This document shows, piece by piece, positions 37,203 to 48,577 of a stretch of DNA of 64,000 nucleotides. Position numbers and translations under genes: made by a program. Below the pieces are notes generated by a model. It did not search any database and had not been told where the DNA came from. It saw nothing but the letters and a program-made list of their open reading frames with translations. The first letter of the stretch is position 1, and each line of letters begins with the position of its first letter. Source of the DNA: Lophium mytilinum (taxonomy: Eukaryota); NCBI GenBank assembly GCA_010093605.1, contig MU004187.1:1372018-1436017 (forward strand). Reading direction: 5' to 3'.

Positions 37203-38518
37203 GTTGGATTATCTGGTAGAGAGTTTGTGATATAATGTAGAATGCTGGTGGCTTAGCTAGAAGAATGGCGCCTTTTTTAAATAGGTGTATGTGCAGCAGG
37301 CTGACGTGTAAATAGGATATGAGTGGCCGCTTGGTCATTTGTGCCACCTGTGGCAACAGTCAGAAGAGCCCCGGACCGTGCTGTCTAGCTGGATGATGAT
37401 GCTCTCAAGCTGCTTCATCGTCCGGAAATTCCTAACGCTCAACGCTCGACGCTCGAGTTGCTCTCGCTTAACAGGACAGGATTGTGCAAAGGAAAGAGGA
37501 GTTAAAGAACTTGGATCATTTGAGGCGACAGTAATTGAGGCTGTCTAGCCTCCTTTTCTGTGAAGGCACGTAAAATGGGGCTGGTTGGCGTTTGTGGATA
37601 TCGTTCTCCTGCACGCACTATCTTTTATGTGAGAGCCTAGAGATTCGACGACTATTGCATGGTTAGAGCGAGCTTGTGAACGTGGGATCACTCATGTGTG
37701 GGAAATTGTTTTCATCGAAGTTTGTTTTCCCGCCCTGATGAACAGGGCTATATGTTTCAAGCAATGTGATGACTTTGGACTCAAGAGATCGCCTGGCAGG
37801 CTATAGTGACACAAACTTTTTTGGCCATGCTCTCCATGGAATACACAAGAAGGGCGCGGAACCGATGCCTTGAGGTTGAAGTCGGCGAAGAGCGCTCAGC
37901 CCCAGCGCGTGACCGGTCGGCGAAGTGGTCCGTGCGTCGCCCTGAGAGGTCCGCCTCCGATGATGTTGAAGTGACTACGCGGAAACACACAAAACCACCA
38001 ACAGACAACACCGCATCCATACTCGTATAATCGCTGCTCCAGAACCTTCTTGCACTCATCCTACCGCAATCCACTTGCCTCAATCTCTACATACTCGCCC
38101 TCGTCCGCGCGGCGCCACCTATTCTCCTACTACCCCCTCTGCCAGCCTCCCAGGGTAGGCAAACGCACAGGTACGCTGCGATGATGGAGCTCCGAGTCCC
38201 CTGCTGCGACGACGCGCGGGTCATGGGGCCTTCACTTATAGCTGCTAAAGCCTCTGCGCTGTCTAGGTTGTTGATTCTGCGCAATTGCTGCTCCCTGCAT
38301 CGCCGCCCGTCAAAGGCCTCGTCGCTGTACAGAGCGTTCATACTGCACCATTCCTCCTATTGTCGGCCCCTCTCCAAGCGGACTGCCCCCAAGGCAGCCT
38401 CCTTGGAAGGTTCTCGTAGCCTCTGACGCCTCTAACACAAACAACCTCACAACATCACACTAGCAACCTACCTCCTCCGCCGACCTCACCTCTACACCAC
38501 ACCACACAATTCGATAGC

Positions 38519-41278
38519 ATGGCCCGAGACATCGTCCGGTACACGCCTACACAGCTACACCACCTGCGCGACTCTCCTCTGGTTCAGAAACCAGATGGCC
38601 TCCCTTCGATTGAACAATGGATGGAGCCACAGCCCGCTCACGACTCCAGCAGACGACCACGGTCACAAGTGCTGCGAGATGGCGAGCAGCCTGCAAATGG
38701 CGAGGCTCGTGTTGACCGTCCTATCCTGAACGCCTTGGGTATGGGCAATTTCGGACGACGACCAAGTGCCCGTAATTTCCCCCATGTCGGCTTATTTATG
38801 CGACCTTTTCTAACCGAGCCTTTAGAGCCTGAGGATACAGTCCTTGGCCCGCCAAAGCTATCCTTCACCTCGGCATCTCGAAATGCAAAACCCCTAGACG
38901 GCACGGAAAAGCGTGGACTAGCAGCAATCGATTCCGAGGGCTCACTCGCTGACCGCATCGGGTCGCGCGAGAGGTGGTCCAAAGATCGCTTCGAGTCTGA
39001 TCGTAGTCGCGAGAAATCCGGTTTTCAGAATGGGCGACGCGGCGGACGTGAAGAGGGCGAGGGCTGGACCAATGTCAAATCGCGCAAGAGCTTGGGACAA
39101 GACGAGATTGAGCGTCCACACCGCAACGGAGACAGGGATAGGTTCCACAAAGATGGCGATCTGGACAATGGCGAATCGGGTACGAGGCGAGCTGGCTTGG
39201 GCCGGGGCAGATTCGAACAACCTTGGGGACGTGAGGATCCTGCGACCAAGGAAGGGGATGGCGCAAAATCAGGAACACGAGGACAAGGTTGGCGGGATCG
39301 AGAGAGGGACAAGGAACGCGATCGGGACCCTCCCCGTGAGCGAGACTGGACTAGAGGTCGGGGAGGAATAGAGGAGGACCCAGAGTGGATGGACACGGTT
39401 GTTACGGAGAAGAAACCCGCTCGAACCCAGGAAGACTTCCAAAAATGGAAGGAAGAGCAGAAAGAGAAGACTAAGCCTCAAGACAAGAAGGAGCCGATGC
39501 AGGAACCAGCCCCGAGTGTCGCGGAGCCAGTATCGGTGCCGGTTCCCACTCCCCATCCAGCACAGCAAAAGTCGGTTGCGCCATTTGCCATGGAGATTGG
39601 GACGGAGAAGCTGTTCGGTATCTATGGTGAAGGCAAGCGCGCAGACTCGAATGCTGCAGAAAATGCTACGTTGGCGAAAGCGGCTAAGGCAAAGCCCAAA
39701 CCTTCCCGCTTTGCGGGCCTGTTCTATGCACCTGAGGAGCCGGTTGCAAAGGCTCAGGCGCCTGTTGAGACACCTACGTCACCCCCACCGGCAGCAAACC
39801 ATAGCACGAATACTGAGGACAAGGAAGGATTCCAGCGGATTCTACAGATGCTCGGTGGCACCAACATCGCGGGCCAACCAAACCTGGGCATTGCAGTCCC
39901 CTCTAACGGCACCCGCCAGGGCATCCGACCCGACTTTCAGCATCCACAAGGCGATGAAGGTGCTACCATGCCACTGCAAACTCGTCAACACATCCCACGC
40001 GCTCGCGAGGACCAACAGTATGCTGAACATTTGCTATCTCTCAAGCCGGCTGCTCTAGAGGCCCAGGCCAGGCCTCCGGTTGGCATCTTTGGTATACGTT
40101 CCCCGGAGAATGAATCTGGACCTGATCAGTATCGCTATGCACGACCCGAATCAGGTCGTCCCGCCGAAGACTTTCCATTTCCACCACCAGCTCGAAATGG
40201 TGGAAGTCAAGAGACCCTGATTCAGCAGGCGTTAGCTAAAGCTCGGCCAGCTCCGGAACCATTCCGAGACAGCAAGCGTGACTTCTTGCTCACGCTCATG
40301 CAGCAGCCATCTCGTGGAACACCTCCGCAAATGACTGGACATAACCTCCCCCGACAGCAAGCTGACACTTCGAACTTCCTGTCATTCATGGAGAACAACA
40401 CCTTGCAAGGACAGGGCCCGCCCAAAAATCGCGGCCCACCGCCTGGAATATATGACGATCCCCGCATGTATTCGGATAACGAGATGCTTAGGCGCGAAAT
40501 CAACCTTCGAGAAGCCAGCATTCGAGATGTCAACATGAGGGATGCGGGTCTGCGCGAAGCGAGTATTCGCGAGGCCAATATGAATATGCGAGAGACTAGC
40601 ATCCGTGAGGCAAACATACGCGATGCGAACATGCGCGATGCGAACATGCGCGATGCGAACATGCGCGATGCGAACATGCGGGACGCCAACATGCGCGAAG
40701 GAATGCCAACAAACGATTCACTGCGTAAGGCCATGGGACGCCCTCCACCCGGAATTTATGACGATCCCTCGATTGCAGGCTTAACGCGACGCAATACAAC
40801 GGAGAACATGCCTCGTCAACCGACCAACATGGGCATCCCCCAGCAGCCTATCTCCGAACTTCCTCTATGGATGAAAGGACCAGGCATGCCACAACCATCG
40901 TCAGAGCGCAACGTTGCACCTCCTCCTGGCTTTCCCCCAACTGCTATGCGGCAGCCGCCTGGATTCGGTGGTCCACCAGTTGGCAACCCGCCAAATATGC
41001 CTTTCTCGGCCGGCAATACTCCGCTTGGACATCCTGGTATGTTGCCTCGAGGCATGGGCGGACCTGCAGGCATGTTTGCTGGTCAGCCTCCGGGACAAAT
41101 GCCGCCTCCCGGCCCTCCTAGCGGCTACTTTGGTGGTCCGCCAGGCTTCGGTCCTATGGGCATGCCACGCGGAGATGACCCTCGCATGATGATGGGTCCA
41201 CGTCGCCCAGAGTACGACCAGTTCAATCGAGACCCCAATGCTCCCCGCCCACGGCCCGGAGACATGTTTGGGATGTAG
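38519..41278 (+). CDS. Largely disordered protein resembling eIF4E-binding repressors (Eap1/4E-T-like)
   Basis: N-terminal RYTPTQLHHL (YxxxxL-type 4E-binding motif); EEDPEWMD and TQEDFQKWKE blocks; PSRFAGLF; repeated PPPGI/PPGF motifs; probable 54-nt intron 38772-38825. Confidence 0.6.
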   Translation: MARDIVRYTPTQLHHLRDSPLVQKPDGLPSIEQWMEPQPAHDSSRRPRSQVLRDGEQPANGEARVDRPILNALGMGNFGRRPSARNFPHVGLFMRPFLTEPLEPEDTVLGPPKLSFTSASRNAKPLDGTEKRGLAAIDSEGSLADRIGSRERWSKDRFESDRSREKSGFQNGRRGGREEGEGWTNVKSRKSLGQDEIERPHRNGDRDRFHKDGDLDNGESGTRRAGLGRGRFEQPWGREDPATKEGDGAKSGTRGQGWRDRERDKERDRDPPRERDWTRGRGGIEEDPEWMDTVVTEKKPARTQEDFQKWKEEQKEKTKPQDKKEPMQEPAPSVAEPVSVPVPTPHPAQQKSVAPFAMEIGTEKLFGIYGEGKRADSNAAENATLAKAAKAKPKPSRFAGLFYAPEEPVAKAQAPVETPTSPPPAANHSTNTEDKEGFQRILQMLGGTNIAGQPNLGIAVPSNGTRQGIRPDFQHPQGDEGATMPLQTRQHIPRAREDQQYAEHLLSLKPAALEAQARPPVGIFGIRSPENESGPDQYRYARPESGRPAEDFPFPPPARNGGSQETLIQQALAKARPAPEPFRDSKRDFLLTLMQQPSRGTPPQMTGHNLPRQQADTSNFLSFMENNTLQGQGPPKNRGPPPGIYDDPRMYSDNEMLRREINLREASIRDVNMRDAGLREASIREANMNMRETSIREANIRDANMRDANMRDANMRDANMRDANMREGMPTNDSLRKAMGRPPPGIYDDPSIAGLTRRNTTENMPRQPTNMGIPQQPISELPLWMKGPGMPQPSSERNVAPPPGFPPTAMRQPPGFGGPPVGNPPNMPFSAGNTPLGHPGMLPRGMGGPAGMFAGQPPGQMPPPGPPSGYFGGPPGFGPMGMPRGDDPRMMMGPRRPEYDQFNRDPNAPRPRPGDMFGM
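40619..40693 (+). repeat. Coding 15-bp tandem repeat (CGCGATGCGAACATG)x4 plus a degenerate fifth unit, encoding RDANM x5
   Basis: Directly visible within the 38519-41278 CDS. Confidence 0.95.
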
Positions 41279-42034
41279 CGCGCAGCACAGCCTACACGCG
41301 TTCTACCGGTATACGATGAGGGATCTGATCTGGCTTGCACGTGGAGGTCACGGTAGGGAACGCCGTTGACATCGACAGCATGTACGAACAATTTTTGGTA
41401 GCCGTCTTCCTGCATGATTCGGTAGCGTGGCGTCTGGATTCGGTGAAAGACCTGTGCTGTTATCTGCAGACGTCTCCTGCGCCTTCCTCTTGCAAATTGC
41501 AAAACGAGCTAGCGTAGGGAGATTACTTTTGGAAGTTGAGCGCTTGCATTGAGCGTCGACGTATGCGCGCTTCTTGAGCGTGCGCCTTCTACGTGTCTGG
41601 GCTGCCGCCGTCGTCTTTGATGGGGGCTCGCTTATGCGGCAAGACGATGGGCGGGCGAGAGCACGAGTGGATAGTGCTGCCGTGCTGTGTAGATTAGGAA
41701 ATGGAGAATGTTGGAATATCTTTGTGCACAAATGCCTCTACGAGAATGTGATTCGTACGTGTGACGGTTGTATCCGGTGATGCTCAATCAGCGAGTACCT
41801 ATACACTTCTGTGATATTGCCTACATAAAGTTCTACAAAAGAGTCTTCAATTCACGCTGAAGTGTGGTGAACTTGAAGCTCAAGTCACGTGGATCCCAAA
41901 GCGACCTAGGTCAAAAGCACAGGCCGTTGTTTACATCTTGGCACAACACCATCAACCACACCTTCGAAGCACCCCACCTAGACAGAACACCACCACTTCC
42001 ACCCTCACTTCCTGCACCAAACCCAGAAATAACG

Positions 42035-43592
42035 ATGGATTACGGACGCATGAGCACCGCGCGCACCTCCAGCAACAACAATCGCAGCCGGCAGCCAGAC
42101 GAAGGCGATGCTTTCATGACCTTAGTGGGTGTAAACAGCGCCTTATTTAGCTACCGTTCTAACTGTTTTCCAGCCTGACAAAGAGATCGCGGGATGTATC
42201 AACGATATTACGACGTCGTTTGGTATGAGCTTCAATCTAGCCGATCTTCACAAGCCGAATCCGCAGCAGATCCAGAAGATATTCGAGATGCTTCTTGATG
42301 TTATCATGAATGTGACGCGAGAGGTGGTTGCGCCAGCCATGAGAGCAGCAGCGGAGGACATGTGTGGGCCAGATGCTGAACGAATCTATACATCTGACAC
42401 TCGCGATCTGATGGCGTTCTTCCTGACGACAAGGAAGTTGTTGGCTGAGGTACGTTATTCCAAATCTATGAACTACGCACGATGGACTAACGAGTGTAGT
42501 GCGGCATCCAAGACTTCACTTTCCAGGACCTCTACAAGCCTACCCGCGAGCGTCTTGCCAAAATCTTTTCATACCTCATCAACTTCATCCGCTTCCGCGA
42601 GTCACAGTCGGCCGTGATCGATGAGCATTGGGATAAGGCGCAGACCGTGAAGAACCGCATAGAAACACTACACAGGGAGAACAAGCTCAGGGAAGTCCAG
42701 CTTGCCGACCTACAACGAAATCGTAAAGGCACCGAAACAGCGGTACAACAAAGGGAGAAGCGGAATAGCGAGCTCAAACAGCGTCTCTTGGATCTCAAGA
42801 GGGCCCAGGAACGTGTCCAGGAGCGACTTGAGCGTGTCAAGGAAGAACAAAGCAACCTGAAGCGCGTGCTGGAGGAGAAGACAGAGGCTACGATGACTGT
42901 GAAGCAAGAAGCTGCGAAGCTCCGCCCATACACTCAACAGAGCCCGGCGGTTTTGGAAGACTCCCTTCGTGACCTGAACGCCAGCCTGACAGCAGACAAG
43001 ACCCAGATCGACTCGCTAGACCGCCGTGCCCGGGCTCTACAGACCTCTACCGATTCATTCGGCGTGGTTGTATCCGACGTCCACGCCTGTACACGCCTTC
43101 TCACCGAGGTCCAGACAGACCTAAGCAAGGAGGAGGAGGAACTCACTAAGGCTGCTAGACACCGGGATGCTCTGTCAGATCGAAGCAACAATGTCCGGGA
43201 TGTTGAGAGGCAGGAGCGGCTACTGCAGAAGCAGTTGTCCAATGTCAATGCGCGAACAGACAAACTACGATGGAACGCTGACGACAAGGCGGAGTCGGCG
43301 AGGACGCGTATGGAAGAGCTAAAAAGCGTACACAAGCGTCTAGCAGAAGAGAGGGGAGAAAAGGGCAAAGAAATGGAGAGGCGGCGCGTCAGGATTGAGC
43401 AGACTGAAAAGAAGGTAAGTTTAGCACGCTCTCCGTTCAAGGTCAAACTTGCTACACATACTAATCCATGTCTCATAGATGGCCGATTTAAAAGAGAACA
43501 TCGAAAACGAAGTCCATGCGGCACACGACGAGTATCTCAAAATGGAGTCGCACATCAAGCTGTACATCACCGAGATGGAGTCGAGTCTTTGA
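42035..43592 (+). CDS. NUF2: Kinetochore Ndc80-complex subunit Nuf2
   Basis: [59 protein letters not shown]; long coiled coil; last exon [24 protein letters not shown]. Three introns. Confidence 0.92.
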
Positions 43593-44089
43593 GACTAGGC
43601 ATTGTGCTAGACTTTTCTGTCCGTTGCGATGGCTGGTGTATTGACCCGAGTGTTCTATGGGCTTGCTGGGGTGTGTTAGGAGTTTTGGTCTATTTGGATG
43701 CAGTGACTTCTGGTAGAAGCTGGGGCTGGTTAATTGACTGGACGACATTTTTTACATACCCACTACTTCATTCTCTATTCCCTAAGATCATTATATTTGC
43801 TTGAACTCGCTCAACTCGAATCTCGTGAATAAACAACATAAGCGGCGACCGGTCTCCCAAGTCTCCCAAGTCTTGACTTGTTCTGTTTGAGCCCACATGA
43901 GTATTCAGCTAAGCTAGACAAATCCAAATAAAAGTCGAGACATACGACTTTTGCAGCCTTCTCTCCATTGTGGCGCGGCCGGGTCTTCGGAGCGGATAAA
44001 CTCTGCGGGGCCAGCACGCTGGGCCAATTTGTCGTATTCAAAACGGAGTACATTCCTTGGCGTTTTTCTCCGTGCACCCCCCCTAATTT

Positions 44090-45067
44090 TATAAGCACAC
44101 GCCTAGGATCATTAGATAGGATATATATTAATTTTTAACCACTTTTTAACATACCTATATTAGCTATTAGTAAGGCCTCTTATATATATATTAAAGCTTA
44201 TATACTAATAATTTCTAGTATTCTAGTACTACTATAATATTCTTAATATAGTATAACCTTTAATAATAATACCTAATACTCTAGAGACCTACTAGCGGCT
44301 AGAGAAGGTAGAGAAAGAGAAGAAAAAGAAGAAAGAGAAGAAGTAGATACTTTTATAGAATTACTTAGAGTTATACTAGAGAATATATAGACTACTACCT
44401 AGAAAGAGAGATATATACGCTCTAATAATAGCTAAGCTACTATTAAAGCCGCTATAAGACTAGATATAGATCTTTTAGCTAAGATAGTAAAAGAAAAAAA
44501 GAATAAACTATAGTATAAGGCTTAGGTAGCTAAAAAGGCTATATATAAGGCTATAGTAATAAATAGATAGTACGTAGTATAAAAGAAGGTAGTATAATAG
44601 TAAAAGGAGATAGTATAGTAGTAAGAAGAAGTAGTATAAAATAAAGAGATCTAGAATAGTTATAACTCTATACTAGGCCTACTACTATTATTACTACTAA
44701 ATAGAGGTAGAGTACTACTCTTTATATTTTCTTCTACTTTTAGTACTCTAGCGTGCTATAAGTATATAGTATTAATATTACTACTAATATCTACTAGTTC
44801 TCTAGACTATAATATTAATCTATTATTCTAGCTATTTATTAATAAGAAGAAGGTAGATAGTAAGATAGTAGATATAAGAATATAGTTTAGCCTCTCTAGT
44901 AATAATATTAAGCTAGAACTTAATAACCTAGTTATAAAGGTATAGGCTAATAGTAACTACTAGATAGAGTATACTATTACTTTCTATACTATAGTACTAT
45001 ATACTTTAAATAGTAAAGGCGGTATATAAATATATAATATAAATAACTTCTCTATATTCTCTTTTAA
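44090..45067. mobile_element. RIP-degraded repeat of unknown class (outermost layer, interrupted by an LTR element at 45068)
   Basis: Same TpA-rich signature; relic K/E-rich coiled-coil-like frame near 44270-44650; no diagnostic motif recognised. Confidence 0.45.
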
Positions 45068-45267
45068 TATTATAGCTATATAATTACGCATAATATATAA
45101 CTAGAGGTTACGTAATAGAGGCTCTATAGAACGGGTAAATATTACTCCGCCCTTTAGGTTATTATAACGTCTATTCTAGGAACCTCTTTCTCTCTTATAT
45201 TTATCTTTTATTAATATTAATACTATTTAATCTAATAATTCTAATATTCTAACCTTAAGCCCTAATA
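45068..45267 (+). repeat. LTR (family A, 5' LTR of copy 1)
   Basis: TATTATAGCTATA...GCCCTAATA (RIP form of TG...CA); matches the two other copies. Confidence 0.9.
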
Positions 45268-48200
45268 TAAGATAAATACTCTTCTAGCTTCTAGGAGTAA
45301 TAGAAGCACCCCTAGAAATTTTCCATAATAGAGTACGCTCTTATAATAAGCTATAGTATACTTATATCTTTATATATAGTAACTATTAGTAGTATTATAG
45401 ACCCCTAATAAAGACTATACTTAATAATATAGTACTTCTATTAGTAGCGCCGCAGGCCTCTAATAAAGTAATCTAGCTATTATATATAAAGCTAAGTAGT
45501 AGACCTTATAACTATAGTAGACGCTCTATAATAAGCCCCTATAATAGAGGGGTAGTAATAGTACTCTAGAAAGTTCTTACTAATTCTTATTAATTACTTT
45601 AATAGCTCTATAACTTTTTTTTCTATTTATTTTACTATTACTATATAGAGACTAACGCCTAAAAAGCTTAGTATTAATAATAGTATATGCGCGCGCCTAG
45701 TGTTACTATTTAATTACTATTACTATATAGAGACTAACGCCTAGAAAGCTTAGTATTAATAATAGTAAGCCTAAGCGCATGCCTAGCATTATAGAATAAA
45801 TACCTATAGACTATCTATTTTATATACTATCTACTTTCTATATACTACCTATTCTATAAGACCTATTATTTACTATAACCCTCTAGGTAGTCCCGTAACT
45901 AAGTATAACTAGCGCCCCTCTTAAACCTTCTAGGCGCCCGGCGCGTATAGTAAATAATCTAAATTTAATACGCTCTTATATATAAATTTAATACCTTACC
46001 TCTTAAGTTTTCTTTTTTTTATACTAACTTTTCTACCTTTTTATATAGCTAATTCTAACTACTATACTTTTAACTACGCTAAAGCTCTATAGTTTAGTAA
46101 CTCTATCTCTAGTAGACGCTCTACTACTAGACGCCTATTTAGTAATACTAATAGTATTTCTATTAACCCCCGCTATATTAGTATTATATTATATTAAGAA
46201 GGCGCTCTAAACCTATAGTACCTTTTTATAGAAGATAATAATAATAATATAATATAGATTAATTACGGCCCGCAGCCTTCTCTTATCTAGCTAGTAAACC
46301 TACCCTTTTAAGTAACTTAATCTTAGTTATAGATATTAGCTGCTACTTCTTAACTAGCTCTATTTATTAAACTAGTTTCTCTAGTAATACCCGCTAACCT
46401 ATAATATTATTAGAATAAATTTAGTACTATAGGTAAGCCTCTACTAATTACTCTAGCTTTTTTAACTATAGAGAAGACTATACTTCTACTCTCCCGCGTT
46501 AGTAGCTATATACTAGGTAATTTTAATTTACCTAAAGAACCTTAGAATATAACTACTAGCCTTAATAATATAACTACTAGTCTAGATAATATAGCTACTA
46601 CCTATAATAAAAACTTCTTCTCTAATTTTAATTTAGCCAATAAATATAACTATTAAGAGGAGGAACGCTAGTTTAGTAATAACGCGGATAATAAGGTTAA
46701 TAAGCTTAAGACAGCCTATTAAGGCGTTACTATTAATACTTCTAACGCTATAGTATACTATAATACTATTTCTAAGCTATATTAGTTCTATAACTCTAAA
46801 TATCTAAGAATACTATCTATTTATAGTATTTTCTTATCTAATATATCTCTATTATAATACTAATCTACCCGCGTTAAATCTATTACTAGACTTAATACTT
46901 CTAACCTAGCCTAGTAAGTAGCGGGTATAGAATAGAGTAATAGATACTATACTATAATTTACGCGGAGGACTATTAGCAGTTACGCCTTATAATTATATA
47001 GCGCGCTAATAGCTTTATCTTTAAAATGCGCTATAGAGACGGCGTTTACTAATAATATAAACTATAAGGTCTATAGAACCTTATTAAAGATATTTAACTT
47101 ATACTAGAATAGTAGTAGAACTATATTATAATAGCTTACTAAGATAGTAATAACTATAAGTACTAAATAAATATTACTACCTAAGAATAGAATACTACTA
47201 ACACTAACATTAAAGAGCTAAATAAAAAATATTTACTTACTAATAGTAAACTTACTAAGCTCTAGATCTAAGTCTATACCCTTAACTATAAACTTAAGTC
47301 TAAGTAAATAGAGTTAGCCTATATATAACGCCTATATAATAAAAAGTATACTAACTTCTAAGCCTAAACCTATTAGCTTAATAACCTCTAAGCTAGATAC
47401 TAATAAGCCTTAATAAGAATTACCTAGCTTAAAGCTTAAGCCTAATAGAATATATTAGTAGAATAACCTAATAATCTATACGCGGACCTATATAACTACC
47501 CTAATTATAATTCTACTAATAATACTTCTTCTCTACTACTAGTAGTACTATATACTCTTAACCTAAATAACTTTTAATATAACTGTATTCTAGGTTAATA
47601 CTTTACTATAGCTAAAGAAGAAGAAGGTAACCTAGATTTAAGTTAACTAGGCGGTTTCTCTTAGCTATAGGTCTACGGGCCTATCTATTCTTAATTTAAA
47701 TAAGGCTCTTAACCTAAGTATACCTACTTATAGGATTTTAAATTAGAAGCTATAGTATACGCGGCCTAGAAGAATTACCTAATCTATCTAATTTAAGTAG
47801 ACTAGTAGACTTACCCTACTACTATAACTTAAATTTAACTTACTATTAGTTATTATAAGGGATACGTATATAAAGTTATTAAGAACTATAGTCTTTTTAT
47901 ATCTACTAATCTATATTATTTACTTAAGGAACTTATATAGAACCTAGATACTATATTTTAAGAAAGTAACGCTATGCGTTATAATTACCTTCTTAACTAA
48001 CTTAATAGTAAGGGTATAAAATAGAGATATAATAAAAAGATATCTAACTTTCTATAACGTCTTAATGTTATTCTTAATAGGCTTAAGTATAGTAAAATTA
48101 ATAATAGCCTTATAACTTAATACTATTACCTTAAAGAAATACTGCGTATAGATCTTACTAAATATATTAACTTTAGCTTATTAACCTAGTACTAGGTAAA

Positions 48201-48577
48201 AGATAATATTCTATATAAGGACTATTATTATATTTAACGTAAAAAATAAGCTAATAAAGAGCTTTTTACTATATAAATTTTAGTATATTACTTAAATAAT
48301 ATATATATATAGAATAGCTATTATAACTCTAACTACGCCCGCTATAAAGTATCTACTACTAAGACTAATAACTATATTATAGTTAAGAAGACTACTACTA
48401 TTCTACTACTAAGCGTTCTACTATATATCCGCCTACGCCTTAGTAAGAAAGAATACTGCTTTAGCTACTTTAAGAAGAACTACTGCGCTAGTAACTCTAA
48501 ATATTCTATAGCTAGAAAGACTATATTAGAGGCTTAGCGTAATAAGCGCCTTACTACTACTAGTATTAATAGTATTA
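45068..48577 (+). mobile_element. Ty3/Gypsy element, family A copy 1 (5' LTR, leader and gag), interrupted by element B
   Basis: Begins with the same 200-bp LTR as 52243 and 60728; colinear with 52443-~55763; homology ends at AGTATTA near 48577. Confidence 0.88.

Noticed and set aside
37730..37800. TGATGA motifs suggesting another C/D snoRNA
   Set aside because: No suitably placed D box or recognisable rRNA-complementary guide was found.
7247..41891. CACGTG boxes upstream of cyclophilin, FRS2 (10596), the 4CL-like gene (24865) and NUF2 (41886) as a regulon
   Set aside because: About ten such 6-mers are expected by chance in 44 kb, and the genes share no function.
42614..43804. 396-aa ORF with a hydrophobic C-terminus
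   Set aside because: It is read-through of the last NUF2 intron (~43415-43478); the spliced product ends at 43592.
42035..44200. Functional link between kinetochore gene NUF2 and the adjacent AT-rich block as a centromere
   Set aside because: Gene location does not imply this, and nothing in the sequence distinguishes a centromere from an ordinary RIP island.
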